Origin: a virus
Lineage: Duplodnaviria > Heunggongvirae > Uroviricota > Caudoviricetes
IMG/VR virus record: IMGVR_UViG_3300028887_000066
Span: 179,550 to 243,549 of that record
Reading direction: 5' to 3' (one strand)
Length of the DNA: 64,000 nucleotides
Position 1 is the stretch's first letter, and every line of letters starts with the position of its first letter. Below the pieces are notes generated by a model. That model made no database searches, was not told the origin of the DNA, and saw only the letters and a program-made list of their open reading frames with translations. This document shows, piece by piece, positions 1-10,047 of this stretch. A program made the position numbers and the translations under genes.

Positions 1-1
1 T

Positions 2-484
2 ATCAAGGTCAGGAAAGAGGACATCGGTAAGTTCAAGAAGTTCGATCCGTCATTGCTCCCTGTGAAGCTCTCAAATTGGGATTGCTATGGTGAGCAGATA
101 GGCAAGGAAATGTCACGCAAGGTGAAGCTCACAAAGCCTTACATCGGTATCTATTGCCATTCAGACGGCTATCCTGACGGTGTGGGCAGAGTTCTGAAAA
201 GCACGTTCCCGACCTATGAACAGGCTCTGAACCTCGTTGTCGGTGGTGATTGCTCGGTAGTGTGGGATGATGAAGTCCGCCACTATGCTAACAGAAGCGG
301 CGAGGATTGGAAATGGGTTAAGCCGAAGCTCGGAGATACACCTGCAAAAGTGTATGAGAAAATCGACTGTCAGTATTCCTATCTGCTTGATGAAAACGGT
401 TGGCACATGTGCGAGTCATTCGCAACAGGCGAGTTCGTGGAGTACGGAGAAGAGATTGAGGTATCGGTATCAGTCAGGCGTTAA
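2..484 (+). CDS. Conserved phage protein (YCHxDGYP motif), 5'-truncated by window edge
   Basis: Frame open from base 2; GIYCHSDGYPDGVG motif. Confidence 0.7.
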   Translation: MKVRKEDIGKFKKFDPSLLPVKLSNWDCYGEQIGKEMSRKVKLTKPYIGIYCHSDGYPDGVGRVLKSTFPTYEQALNLVVGGDCSVVWDDEVRHYANRSGEDWKWVKPKLGDTPAKVYEKIDCQYSYLLDENGWHMCESFATGEFVEYGEEIEVSVSVRR

Positions 485-495
485 ACAGATAACGA

Positions 496-525
496 CACCC
501 CCTCTCACAATTCGGTGGGAGGGGT
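496..525 (+). terminator. Intergenic hairpin, possible terminator
   Basis: ACCCC-CTCTCAC-aattcg-GTGGGAGGGGT stem after stop; no clear U-tract. Confidence 0.35.
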
Positions 526-576
526 CAAGAAGAGAAAAAAGTAAAATAAATTAACAATACTAATTGGATTTCAGTT

Positions 577-1716
577 ATGGCAGCTAACATTGAAGAAAGA
601 AACGGTCAGTTCTCATTTGTGGAGAACGGCAAGAAAGAACGCGCTTGGCATCGCCTTGGCAGAGTGTACGACCAACCCCTTACAGTCAAGGAGGCCATTG
701 AAGGGTGCAACGCAAATTTTGAAGTGGGCTTGCAGCCTGTAATCGCAGCAACACCTCAACTTGAAGGTTTGCTTGGTGGCAATATGGCTATCAATTCTGA
801 GGACACGCAGATTGTGGACGGCAGACAGTTTGTAAGCGTGGAAATGCTGAAAAGCCTCATTGTGGAAGGACGTAAGGCAACTATGCGCTATGACTACAAC
901 GAGCCGTTGGCTATCGTCTCGGATTCATACGGTGTGGTACAGTACCAAAAGGCGTTTGAGTTCATCGACTTGCTCACAACAGGCAAAATCGACGGTGATA
1001 TTCCGACTATCGAGTGTGCAGGTTTGCTCGGCACTAATGGCTCACGTCTCTTTATTACGGCTAAGTTCCCCGAACCCGTCATACTTGGTCATAAGGATGA
1101 CACTATCGAGCAGTATGTGGTTTTCACTACCTCGCACGACGGCACAGGCGCAGTAACGGCTATGGTGACACCTGTAAGAACGGTTTGTCAGAATACCCTC
1201 AACCTTGCTCTCTGTAACAATTCAGGTAAAATCACGTTCAAGCATACAAGCCGTGTAAATGAGCGTATCGACCTCTTGAATAAACAGAACGCAGAATTGG
1301 CTTACCGTACCCTTGGGCTTTACAATACCTATAAGGAGTATTTTGAGCAGGAATTGCAGACCCTTGCAAAGATTCGCCTCACTGACAAGCAGCAGGAGCA
1401 GATTCTTGCGGAGGCTCTGTTTGCCCCTGACGTGTTCAAGGTCTATAAGCGTGGGGATTTCAACCTCAATAATGAAGACATAAGCACACGCAGCAGGAAC
1501 ATTATGGAGGCCGTTAAGGACACTATCTATACAGGGGTGGGTCAGGACTTGTTGGAAAACGGCACTGCATTGAAGCTTATCAACGGTGTAAGCTGTTTCT
1601 ATCAGAACGTCGCCACTTGGGGCGGTGATGAAAAGAAGTTCAACGCCATTATGGACGGCTCTGTGCAGAAGAAATTGCAGACGGTACACGACCTTGCTTT
1701 CAGATTGGCTGCATAG
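577..1716 (+). CDS. DUF932 family phage/plasmid protein (TIGR03299-like)
   Basis: AWHRLG, SHDGTG, PVRTVCQNTL and FKHT motifs; 379 aa. Confidence 0.85.
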   Translation: MAANIEERNGQFSFVENGKKERAWHRLGRVYDQPLTVKEAIEGCNANFEVGLQPVIAATPQLEGLLGGNMAINSEDTQIVDGRQFVSVEMLKSLIVEGRKATMRYDYNEPLAIVSDSYGVVQYQKAFEFIDLLTTGKIDGDIPTIECAGLLGTNGSRLFITAKFPEPVILGHKDDTIEQYVVFTTSHDGTGAVTAMVTPVRTVCQNTLNLALCNNSGKITFKHTSRVNERIDLLNKQNAELAYRTLGLYNTYKEYFEQELQTLAKIRLTDKQQEQILAEALFAPDVFKVYKRGDFNLNNEDISTRSRNIMEAVKDTIYTGVGQDLLENGTALKLINGVSCFYQNVATWGGDEKKFNAIMDGSVQKKLQTVHDLAFRLAA

Positions 1717-2091
1717 CAAAATCCAAATAACACTACTTTCATCGGGTTATTCTCACTTTGTTGGGGATAGCCCTTATTTTTTATATAACCTCGAACAGGA
1801 TCCGTCGTCCTCCTGAAGGTGGGTGTTTTCATATTGTATTTTAATATAGCAAATTTTTTGAACCCACCAAATAAAAAACATTTATTTTTGTTTGGTCGCA
1901 TCAGATTTTTTATTATATTAAAAACAATATCGTTTTATTGTCTGGATGTCGATGGAGCTTCTCCGTGTCATCAAAATCATTTAACACTTCTTAACGAAAA
2001 TAATTGCCATTCTGTTTGGCCACGTCATTGAAAAGTCTTATCTTTGCACTGTAATTAAGGAAAACAAGTAACAAATAAACAAGTAAGCATT

Positions 2092-2457
2092 ATGGAAAAA
2101 AAGAAAAAGCAAGAGAAGTTCCAAGCCGTTGCAGAGGATTGGCTGAAATTGCAGGGTCAGGTACGCAAGGAGTGCATCAAGTTCTTGAAGCGTGTCCTGA
2201 AAAAGAATGACAAGCATCTTGAATGGGATGATTCAGAATTGGATTGCAGCGTCTGCGTCAATTATGACGGCGGAAACCACCCTGAGTATGCTTCAAACTG
2301 TTTCTCCACCGTCTATGGCGTGGATATGAATGAAAAGGGGGAGATAACCCTGTGTACTGAGGATTGTGACGAATACGACATTGATTCCGTATCCACGTCT
2401 GAAATCTACGACCTGTGTGACTTTATCGACAATGTACTGCTTCCACCTATGGAATAA
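2092..2457 (+). CDS. Hypothetical protein
   Basis: ORF after consensus promoter at ~2016-2047. Confidence 0.7.
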   Translation: MEKKKKQEKFQAVAEDWLKLQGQVRKECIKFLKRVLKKNDKHLEWDDSELDCSVCVNYDGGNHPEYASNCFSTVYGVDMNEKGEITLCTEDCDEYDIDSVSTSEIYDLCDFIDNVLLPPME

Positions 2458-2474
2458 GAAAGGAGGGTAAGACT

Positions 2475-2984
2475 ATGAGAAAGAACATGCCTAAATACGT
2501 CTTGATTGACGATACCTACATTCCTGAATATAAGGAGTACGTTGAACATTGCAGAGTCAATGAGATTGAGCCTGATGATGAAAATTCTCAGGACTATTGG
2601 GACTATGTGTCCGAATTTCAGCAAATGGAGTGGGATGACCTGCGTCTTAATATGGCTCACGCAGAGCAATGCAAGTGTCCTGTAATTATCACGGGGAAAC
2701 TTGGGTTATGGAACGGAAGTCCTGACATATATCCTGTGCGTTGCGAGGATCTGTATTCTGCGATAAGGAAATGCTACGGCAGAGACATTGACAACCTGAA
2801 AGCAGAGGTTGAAAACGGTGTGGTTCACGTCTATGCCTACCATCACGACGGCACAAATCACTTCCAAATCTACAGACTCTCAAAGAAGGGCATTAAGACT
2901 ACGGAATCGTGGAATAACAATACCGCCCCGAATGAGGACTGCAAAGGCTATTGGCTTGCAAAGTTTCACGGTTACATATTTTAA
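2475..2984 (+). CDS. Hypothetical phage protein (HHDGTN motif)
   Basis: 169 aa ORF in operon. Confidence 0.7.
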   Translation: MRKNMPKYVLIDDTYIPEYKEYVEHCRVNEIEPDDENSQDYWDYVSEFQQMEWDDLRLNMAHAEQCKCPVIITGKLGLWNGSPDIYPVRCEDLYSAIRKCYGRDIDNLKAEVENGVVHVYAYHHDGTNHFQIYRLSKKGIKTTESWNNNTAPNEDCKGYWLAKFHGYIF

Positions 2985-3086
2985 CACGGTACTCTACCGA
3001 GTACCAAAATCCTTAAAAGATGTTAAAGGGCTTGGCCAATTCAGAAAATAGTCTTATCTTTGCAATGTAAAAAACAGACAAACAAT

Positions 3087-3281
3087 ATGTATAAAGAAGA
3101 AGCTACATTTGAAACAAAGTTTACGGAGTGGGATTGCTATTTGAAAGGCGGTTCTATCAAGACCGTAAAGACGAAACCCACAACAGTAAGAAAGGCAATG
3201 TCCGTTATTGTAAAACAAGAGGGATTCAAAAAGGGAGAGTTAATAGGAGTACAAGCAATACTTAACAATGAAACAAAATGA
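3087..3281 (+). CDS. Hypothetical protein
   Basis: First ATG after promoter; overlaps next start. Confidence 0.55.
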   Translation: MYKEEATFETKFTEWDCYLKGGSIKTVKTKPTTVRKAMSVIVKQEGFKKGELIGVQAILNNETK

Positions 3282-3499
3282 AAGAGACTTTTGAACTTAG
3301 TGACGGACGCGCAGTAACGGTAAAGAGCGCGTGGGATTGTGACAAGAGCGTATCGCTTATTGACGTGTACGATGCAGACGAAGGGACACTTCTTGCGGAA
3401 TACAACGGTACTATGCCTGACTTCGACGACGAGGACTTCAACCTTGACAAGTTTGTCAGAGAGGTGGAAGAGGAAATCGCTTGGGCTGAAAACTATTAA
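3278..3499 (+). CDS. Hypothetical acidic protein
   Basis: ATGA-coupled ORF. Confidence 0.65.
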   Translation: MKETFELSDGRAVTVKSAWDCDKSVSLIDVYDADEGTLLAEYNGTMPDFDDEDFNLDKFVREVEEEIAWAENY

Positions 3500-3641
3500 A
3501 AAAAACAGGACTTATGAAAATATTTCTAATCTGCTTGGCGGTATATTATGTTATTTCTTTAGTGACAATGATTATCTGCATCAAAAAAGCACCATTGCTT
3601 CCGCCTGATGCTGAATTTTAACAAATTAACAAAATAGTATT

Positions 3642-3929
3642 ATGGCAGTCAAATTGAACAATTCCGACACCTACGAGCATCTTTGCAACGTGGTACTGAC
3701 AAAGGATAAGTTCCCTATCGCATACGAAAATAAGGTACAGGAGCTTATTGAAGAGGGTTGCGCCGATTCCCGTGAAGAAGCTGAGGCCCAAATCAAGGAC
3801 ATGGAAATCGAGCTTGAAATCTACTATGAGAAAGGAACAGGCTTGTTTGCAGTCGAGAGTGAAGCCGTTGAAAGTGGTACTATATATTCACCGTACACGG
3901 GAGAACTTTGTGAAGAGCCGAAACTTTAG
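3642..3929 (+). CDS. Hypothetical acidic protein
   Basis: 95 aa ORF with AT-rich leader. Confidence 0.7.
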   Translation: MAVKLNNSDTYEHLCNVVLTKDKFPIAYENKVQELIEEGCADSREEAEAQIKDMEIELEIYYEKGTGLFAVESEAVESGTIYSPYTGELCEEPKL

Positions 3930-4033
3930 TTAAAAACTGTTAAAGAATTTGGCTAATCCAAATAAAAGCCTTATCTTTGCATCGAGAAAAGTAAAGAAAC
4001 AACAAGTATTAACAAGCAAAACATTCAATTACT

Positions 4034-4678
4034 ATGGGACAGTATTATCATCCATGTATTCTGAAAAAGAATTGGAAAACGTCAAAACAGCCCGTGAAAA
4101 TGACGTTGTATAGCTGGGATTATGACAATGGGGCAAAACTGATGGAACACAGCTACGTCGGCAACGAGTTCGTAATGGCTGTAATGTACCTGCTTGCCCA
4201 CGGTATGAAGGGTCATCCCTTTGTGTGGTGCGGAGACTACGCAGACAAGAAAGTCACCAAGGCTTACCCGAAGGAAATCAAGCACGAATACGACGGTGAA
4301 GTTGAGTTCGAGGGAACGCTTGACATCTATGAGAAAGCGTCTGACCTTGTGGAAGGTGGTTCGGGTCACGGTCTTTATGAGCTTTACAAGCGTGCCATTC
4401 CCAACTACTCGCAGCTTCACAGCTACAAGTACATCATCAACCGTACAAAGAAGGAATACGTCACGGTTCCTAATTTTAAGCCTAACGCTTGGGTCGTACA
4501 TCCCCTGCCCCTCCTGTGCGCTGATGGTAACGGACGTGGCGGCGGCGACTACGGAGAGGAATGGCCCGATGCTGATATGGTCGGACGTTGGGCATACGAC
4601 ATAATCGACGTGTCCGATGACAAGGCCGAAGTCAAGGGCTACAAGCGCATCACGCCGAAGTTCAAATGTAAGTTCTAA
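4034..4678 (+). CDS. Conserved phage protein (MGQYY...KLMEHSY family)
   Basis: N-terminal motif typical of large phages; own promoter. Confidence 0.75.
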   Translation: MGQYYHPCILKKNWKTSKQPVKMTLYSWDYDNGAKLMEHSYVGNEFVMAVMYLLAHGMKGHPFVWCGDYADKKVTKAYPKEIKHEYDGEVEFEGTLDIYEKASDLVEGGSGHGLYELYKRAIPNYSQLHSYKYIINRTKKEYVTVPNFKPNAWVVHPLPLLCADGNGRGGGDYGEEWPDADMVGRWAYDIIDVSDDKAEVKGYKRITPKFKCKF

Positions 4679-4714
4679 CAAAGCATACTTCAATCCAATA
4701 GGATGTTGTTCGTG

Positions 4715-4757
4715 GGCATCTCACTCGTCTTTTTGACGGTGTGGGGTGCTTTTTTTA
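4715..4757 (+). terminator. Rho-independent terminator
   Basis: GC-rich imperfect hairpin followed by T7. Confidence 0.55.
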
Positions 4758-4899
4758 TTGTTTTTATTTGGCCGTTTCATATTTTTTATTATATTAAAAC
4801 CAATAATTTTATTCCTGACGACGCGGCGGAACCTCCTGTTGAAAATAATCCCGTTTTCGTTTGGCCATATTAAAAAATAATCTTATCTTTGCAGAGATA

Positions 4900-5631
4900 A
4901 TGAATAATAAAAGACGTATGACAAGAAAAAATGAGAATCCTGAAGGGACTTTATTTGAAGCCCTTCGCCAAAAACTTATGGCAATACTCCTTAATGCCCA
5001 CAGGGTAATGTTCGGTAATGCGTGTCCTGATTATCTTGTTGATTGGTACAAATCATTCAACAAGGACGAGAGAATGCGCCTGCTGCCCTCGATCTTAGGC
5101 AGTAAGCCATCTGCCATTGTAGCCGACATTTACTACAATACGGTAGTCCCGCGTGTTATCAACATTCTGCTAAATAGTAGGTTCGCCATAGCCGATAAGG
5201 TTACGGAGATAAGAAACTGCCTACTTCATCACACTTTCTCGGACATTGTGTTCAGGGTTTACTATGAGCCAAAATATGCAGAGGAGCTATACAATGCCCT
5301 TGCAAAGGAACTCAATATGAAAACATATCGGGAAATACCGTTTTCAAAGCTTACCGAACTGATGAGCGGGCTGAAAGTGAATGAAACCATAGACTTCTAT
5401 ACAAGAAAGGATTCTGAGAAGGACAGGTTCACGGCATTCCATATAAACCTCGGCGGCAAGGACATTTACGGCATCCATCATCTTACAGACGTGGATATTG
5501 CCACTATGTGTAACGGAGCCGATAAAATACACTTTCAAATGTTGGCAGAGCTTATGGACTATTATGGGTGCAGGTTCGTGAAGTTCTACAATAACGGCAA
5601 GCCCGACCCGACTGTGTATGTACTCGATTGA
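4900..5631 (+). CDS. Hypothetical protein
   Basis: First ATG after promoter 4860-4891. Confidence 0.7.
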   Translation: MNNKRRMTRKNENPEGTLFEALRQKLMAILLNAHRVMFGNACPDYLVDWYKSFNKDERMRLLPSILGSKPSAIVADIYYNTVVPRVINILLNSRFAIADKVTEIRNCLLHHTFSDIVFRVYYEPKYAEELYNALAKELNMKTYREIPFSKLTELMSGLKVNETIDFYTRKDSEKDRFTAFHINLGGKDIYGIHHLTDVDIATMCNGADKIHFQMLAELMDYYGCRFVKFYNNGKPDPTVYVLD

Positions 5632-5721
5632 GTACCGAAATTGTTAAAAGTTGTTAAAGGATTTGGCCATATCAAAATAAAGTCGTATCTTTGCACCGAG
5701 AAATAAAAACAAGTAACAGTT

Positions 5722-6060
5722 ATGGAACTATACGTAGTAAGAGTAAATTATAAGGGAGGCAAAAGCCGCTACATTGAATGGTGTGATGAGCATTGGTATG
5801 GAACCACTCCTATCCGCCCATTACCGAAATATACTTTGGAAGAGGCTAAGACCGTGTGTGAGCAGATGAGAGACCATTACTCATATAACATGGATATTCT
5901 CGGTGAAAACGATGTGATTGTGGAGCATATTAATTGGTTGCAAAGTAAGAAGCCATCGAAAACAGTTCAAACGAATGAGACCGCTCCCGCAAAGAAATCC
6001 TTCTTTAGCCTTAACAAGGGATTGTTAAAAAACTCTAAACGATTTGGTCGTCTCAAATAA
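5722..6060 (+). CDS. Hypothetical protein
   Basis: ORF after promoter. Confidence 0.7.
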   Translation: MELYVVRVNYKGGKSRYIEWCDEHWYGTTPIRPLPKYTLEEAKTVCEQMRDHYSYNMDILGENDVIVEHINWLQSKKPSKTVQTNETAPAKKSFFSLNKGLLKNSKRFGRLK

Positions 6061-6136
6061 AAGCCTTATCTTTGCATTGTAATTCAGAAAGGGATTATTA
6101 AACAACAATACGTAACAACTTAAAAAACAATTAGTT

Positions 6137-6790
6137 ATGGGTTTAGACATTTACATTCACAAGATTGTGAAGCCTCGGACAAAGAATGTTAGTAGTCGTG
6201 AGGATTGGGAAGAGATTATCAAGCAGGCTGATGATGATTCCCGTAAGGAACTGACAAAGGTGTATGACGGTGCTGTACGCTCCCTGAAACGCACAAAGCC
6301 TGAGAACTACAACGCCGCATACGAGCGCAACATCAAGAAAATATGCGCATTCTCCACATATCCGCAGTTCCACTATAAGGAGCTTGGTGTGGAATACGAC
6401 TACAAAGACGGCAAGTACATCTATACACCTGTTCCCGTGTCGGTATTCGAGAAGAAGCGCGACGAGATTCTGAAAGAGCATTATGCGCCATACGTGGGCT
6501 ATTTCCGCAAGGTGAATTTCTTCTATCACTATTTTGCAGAGAAGCTTGTTAATGAGACGGCTTGGATTGAGCGTGAAGACCTTGTGGACATCATAGACCG
6601 TTGCGAGAAGGTTTTGAAAGACCATACGCTTGGCCCGATGCTCCTGCCTACACAAAGTGGTTTCTTCTTCGGCTCTACGGAGTACGATGATTGGTATTAC
6701 AATGATGTGAAGGATTGCCTGAAACAGATGAAGGGTCTGTTGAAGGGCTTGAAAGACGACGAGCAGCTTTACGTTGTAATGAGTTGGTAA
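6137..6790 (+). CDS. Conserved phage protein (MGLD...GFFFGSTEYD family)
   Basis: MGLDIY start, YFRKVN and LPTQSGFFFGSTEYDDWYY motifs. Confidence 0.75.
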   Translation: MGLDIYIHKIVKPRTKNVSSREDWEEIIKQADDDSRKELTKVYDGAVRSLKRTKPENYNAAYERNIKKICAFSTYPQFHYKELGVEYDYKDGKYIYTPVPVSVFEKKRDEILKEHYAPYVGYFRKVNFFYHYFAEKLVNETAWIEREDLVDIIDRCEKVLKDHTLGPMLLPTQSGFFFGSTEYDDWYYNDVKDCLKQMKGLLKGLKDDEQLYVVMSW

Positions 6791-6900
6791 ACCGTTAAAA
6801 AATGTTAAACCGTTTGGCGGTGTGAAATAAAAATCTTATCTTTGCACCGTCAAACATATCAAAAAAAGTAACAAAAACAATTAAAAAAACATCAAGACTT

Positions 6901-7035
6901 ATGAGTAAGAGAACATTCAAAGCCGCTATGAAGCGCAACCGTGTGACCGCAGAGTTGAGTAAAATCATCAACAAGGGCAAGCCCAATGAGATTAAGCTGT
7001 ACAACCTGTACATGGACAAGCCTACTGCAAATTGA
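6901..7035 (+). CDS. Small basic hypothetical protein (44 aa, below ORF-track cutoff)
   Basis: MSKRTFKAAMKRNRV... after promoter at ~6814-6845. Confidence 0.5.
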   Translation: MSKRTFKAAMKRNRVTAELSKIINKGKPNEIKLYNLYMDKPTAN

Positions 7036-7096
7036 GCAGTAGGACAAGAGAGAGCAAGTAAACAAAGTAAAAAAGCAATTAATTAAAATTTGGATT

Positions 7097-8005
7097 ATGG
7101 AAAATCAGACAGAGATTAACAAGACTACAAAGCGAGACCTGTATAACATTGACCCACGTAACATCGTCGTGGTTGAAGGCTTCAACTCCCGTATTGACTT
7201 TGACCTGGAGGAGCTAAAGGAATCCATTCGTGAAAACGGGGTGAAGAATCCTATCTCGGTCATCCCGTTCAAGGATGAGGACGGAAATGAGAAATACCGC
7301 CTTGTAGATGGTGAACGCCGTTATCGTGCGACAATGGCCCTGATGGCAGAGGGTGCTGACATTATGCGCATTCCTGCGTTGTTTCTCTCCAAATCCCTGA
7401 AACCTGACGAGCTTCTTGTGGAGCAGCTTATCCGCAACGAGGGAAAGAAATTCTCGGAGTATGAGTACGGCATCGCATTCCGCAAGTTCGTTGACCTTGG
7501 CTATACGCCCGACGAGATTGTGAAGAAGCTCGGTTTTGCAAAGTGGAAGACCATTTTCCTTACTCATACAGAGCGTGACGAGCGTGTGCAGGCCCTGATG
7601 CGCGAGGGTAAGATTGAGGGTACAGAAGTACGCCGTATCTATCAGGCACACGGTAAGGATGATGAGGCAGGAGCCGTTAAGGAAATTCTTGCTGCCGCAC
7701 AGAGAATCGAGGGTACGGAGAAGAAGAAAATCACTCTTGCAGACCTTGACCGCCTTTCCTCAAAGACCATTGCCGTAAGGGATTCAGCGGCTATCAAGAA
7801 GGGGCTTGGCATTCTCTTCGACTACTATTCAAAGTATAGTGAGCAGGTTGGTGAGGATAAGGAACTTGACCTTGACATCATGGACATCTTTGAACGTCTT
7901 AGCAAGAAAAACGGCGAAACCATCATTGACATCTTTGAAAGTGAGGTTGCCGCAATCTTGAAGGGTGACGATGATGAAACCTTGGGCTATCGCAAGGCTG
8001 AGTAA
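7097..8005 (+). CDS. ParB/Srx-like N-terminal domain protein
   Basis: LKESIRENGVKNPISV and YRLVDGERRYRA motifs, followed by an HTH-like region. Confidence 0.8.
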   Translation: MENQTEINKTTKRDLYNIDPRNIVVVEGFNSRIDFDLEELKESIRENGVKNPISVIPFKDEDGNEKYRLVDGERRYRATMALMAEGADIMRIPALFLSKSLKPDELLVEQLIRNEGKKFSEYEYGIAFRKFVDLGYTPDEIVKKLGFAKWKTIFLTHTERDERVQALMREGKIEGTEVRRIYQAHGKDDEAGAVKEILAAAQRIEGTEKKKITLADLDRLSSKTIAVRDSAAIKKGLGILFDYYSKYSEQVGEDKELDLDIMDIFERLSKKNGETIIDIFESEVAAILKGDDDETLGYRKAE

Positions 8006-8034
8006 GGCTAATTCTTCCATACTAATTATAGGTT

Positions 8035-8111
8035 GCTCCATAGATTGTGTCGGTAAGGCATGCGCTGATTCGGTTCGGGCGCGGGACGGGTTCGATTCCC
8101 GTTATGGAGCC
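8035..8111 (+). ncRNA. Non-canonical tRNA-like RNA
   Basis: 8-bp GCTCCATA/TATGGAGC stem; perfect T-arm ACGGG-TTCGATT-CCCGT; irregular D and anticodon arms. Confidence 0.5.
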
Positions 8112-8386
8112 TAAAAACTTTTGGTATTCCATAATATTGATTGTTTTTATTTTGTTGCTTGTTGACGGGGAGTCATTCCATAAAAAGGGATGGCTCTCCT
8201 TTTTTTGTGTATATATCGTTCCCGTAACGACGGATCCACTGAAGGCGGCTTGTCATATATTGTTTTTAATATAATATTTTATTTCTAATGGCAAAAAATT
8301 TTTCGTTAAAAGTTGTTAAAACATTTGGCCGTATCATTGAAAAGCCTTATCTTTGCATCGTAAAACAATAAAAACAAGTAACAGTT

Positions 8387-8680
8387 ATGAAAATAAAGCA
8401 TTTCGCAGGCTACGGCTCAGTTGAGGTAACAAAGAAGTTAAAGACCAAGGTTACTGACTTGTGGGGCAATACCAAGAATAAGTTGGTGCTACAGGTTAAA
8501 GGTAATCATGAGTGGGGCATTGTCCGTAACGACGTTTATGATGTGAGACGTTGGATATTCAGCCGTTTTGAAAAGAATTTCAACGGCCCTGACTATGAAA
8601 TCCAAATGTCAGTAGATGACAAGTATGTGAATGATAATGGAATCGACGTAGAAGTGGCAACCTACACATTCATCTATTAA
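8387..8680 (+). CDS. Hypothetical protein
   Basis: ORF after promoter. Confidence 0.7.
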   Translation: MKIKHFAGYGSVEVTKKLKTKVTDLWGNTKNKLVLQVKGNHEWGIVRNDVYDVRRWIFSRFEKNFNGPDYEIQMSVDDKYVNDNGIDVEVATYTFIY

Positions 8681-8901
8681 ATCCAAAAAAAGTGTTAAAG
8701 GATTTGGCCACGTCGGAAAATAATCCTATCTTCGCAGTGTAAAAACATTAAAACAAGCAGCATTATGAAACCAATCAAGACAGAACTCCACATTGAATGG
8801 GATGACGATGTTACCGTTGAAATAAGGTACTTCCCAAGCATCAGACAAGCGAAAAAGTACATCAAGTCCAACAGACCAAACAAATACACATTATACAAGC
8901 A

Positions 8902-9084
8902 ATGAATTACAAAGGTTATATTATCAAGCCCCGTGTGTGCTATAGTACATACAAGTATTCCATATTCGAGTCGGATGGAGTTACATATATCGGTCAGGCA
9001 AGAAACCTGAAAGAGGCGAAGCAATGGGTAAGATGCCATATAGAGAATATAAAGCTATGTCAAGAAAACCTTAAAAAGTGTTAA
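8902..9084 (+). CDS. Hypothetical protein
   Basis: Short ORF in operon. Confidence 0.5.
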   Translation: MNYKGYIIKPRVCYSTYKYSIFESDGVTYIGQARNLKEAKQWVRCHIENIKLCQENLKKC

Positions 9085-9168
9085 GACATTTGGCCGATTC
9101 AAAATAAAGTCTTACCTTTGCATCAGAAAAAATAACAACAAGTATTAACAAATAAAAACATTACGAAG

Positions 9169-9939
9169 ATGCCTAATTGGTCAAACAACGCAGTAGCCGT
9201 TAAGGGCAAAAAGGAAAACGTCCTTAACTTTATTAACGAGGGGTTGAAGAACTCAAACATGGAACCCCAAAAAGATATTGAAAAGGCTTTTGATTTGCTT
9301 CTTGCAAATGCCAAAACCAAGACCTCAGAATTTGGTTGGGGGGAAAACCGCAAGGGTGAGAGAGAGAATAACCCTGCCGAGATTGTTTATAGCAACGGTC
9401 TTACTATGGGTACGTTCCGCCCTGTTCCCGACACATTCCTAAAGTGGGACACGACCAACGACCACGATAATAAGCTGTCAAAAATCAAGGAACAGCAGAA
9501 AAAGACCTATGGTGCTGTGGGTTGGTATGACTATCAGTCACAAATACACTACGGCTGTAAGTGGAACGCCACTCTTGACGGTATGGAGTTGGTTGTGGAA
9601 GGTGATGTGGCCACCGTTAAATTCACCTGCGATACGGCTTGGTATTATCCAGAGGAGTGGCTGCGTTGGATTAAACAGACATTCAAGGTTGCCGTCCTTA
9701 TTGCCGCCCACGAGGAAAGCAATGCCTACAATTTCTATGGAGAAATAGACTATAAAGAGGCTGATTATGGTGATTTCTCCGAAAAAGAGGGAGAGCCACA
9801 AGAAGATGACTTTGAATTCCAGGACGATTACTACGATGCCCTTTCTGAATGGCAGTCCGAGTGCGAAGAGGAAATGTTCAGCGAATTTTGGGATTACGTC
9901 TCCGACTTCGACGTTGCCGACCTCGATTTTGACGAATAA
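9169..9939 (+). CDS. DUF1281/YubB ferredoxin-like domain protein
   Basis: MPNW start, GWYDY...YGCKWN and FTCDTAW..P motifs. Confidence 0.65.
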   Translation: MPNWSNNAVAVKGKKENVLNFINEGLKNSNMEPQKDIEKAFDLLLANAKTKTSEFGWGENRKGERENNPAEIVYSNGLTMGTFRPVPDTFLKWDTTNDHDNKLSKIKEQQKKTYGAVGWYDYQSQIHYGCKWNATLDGMELVVEGDVATVKFTCDTAWYYPEEWLRWIKQTFKVAVLIAAHEESNAYNFYGEIDYKEADYGDFSEKEGEPQEDDFEFQDDYYDALSEWQSECEEEMFSEFWDYVSDFDVADLDFDE

Positions 9940-10047
9940 GTTTTTGCTCATTAGCTAATAAGTAGGGAAAAGTTTTTCACAAACATATTGTGGAACTTTT
10001 CCCTCATTTCATTTGGTCATATCGGATTTTTTCCTTATCTTTGCAAT

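Noticed and set aside
1222-1719. Antisense and alternative-frame ORFs in the track (e.g. 1222-1719, 4082-4693, 7214-7651, 49407-49838, ORFs over tRNAs)
   Set aside because: Shadows of real genes or RNA genes; no start context, promoter or motifs.
1891-1925. Xer/dif-like reading of TTATATTAAA
   Set aside because: It resembles the XerD arm, but there is no XerC arm at 6-bp spacing; the constant TTTG 19 nt upstream fits a promoter better.
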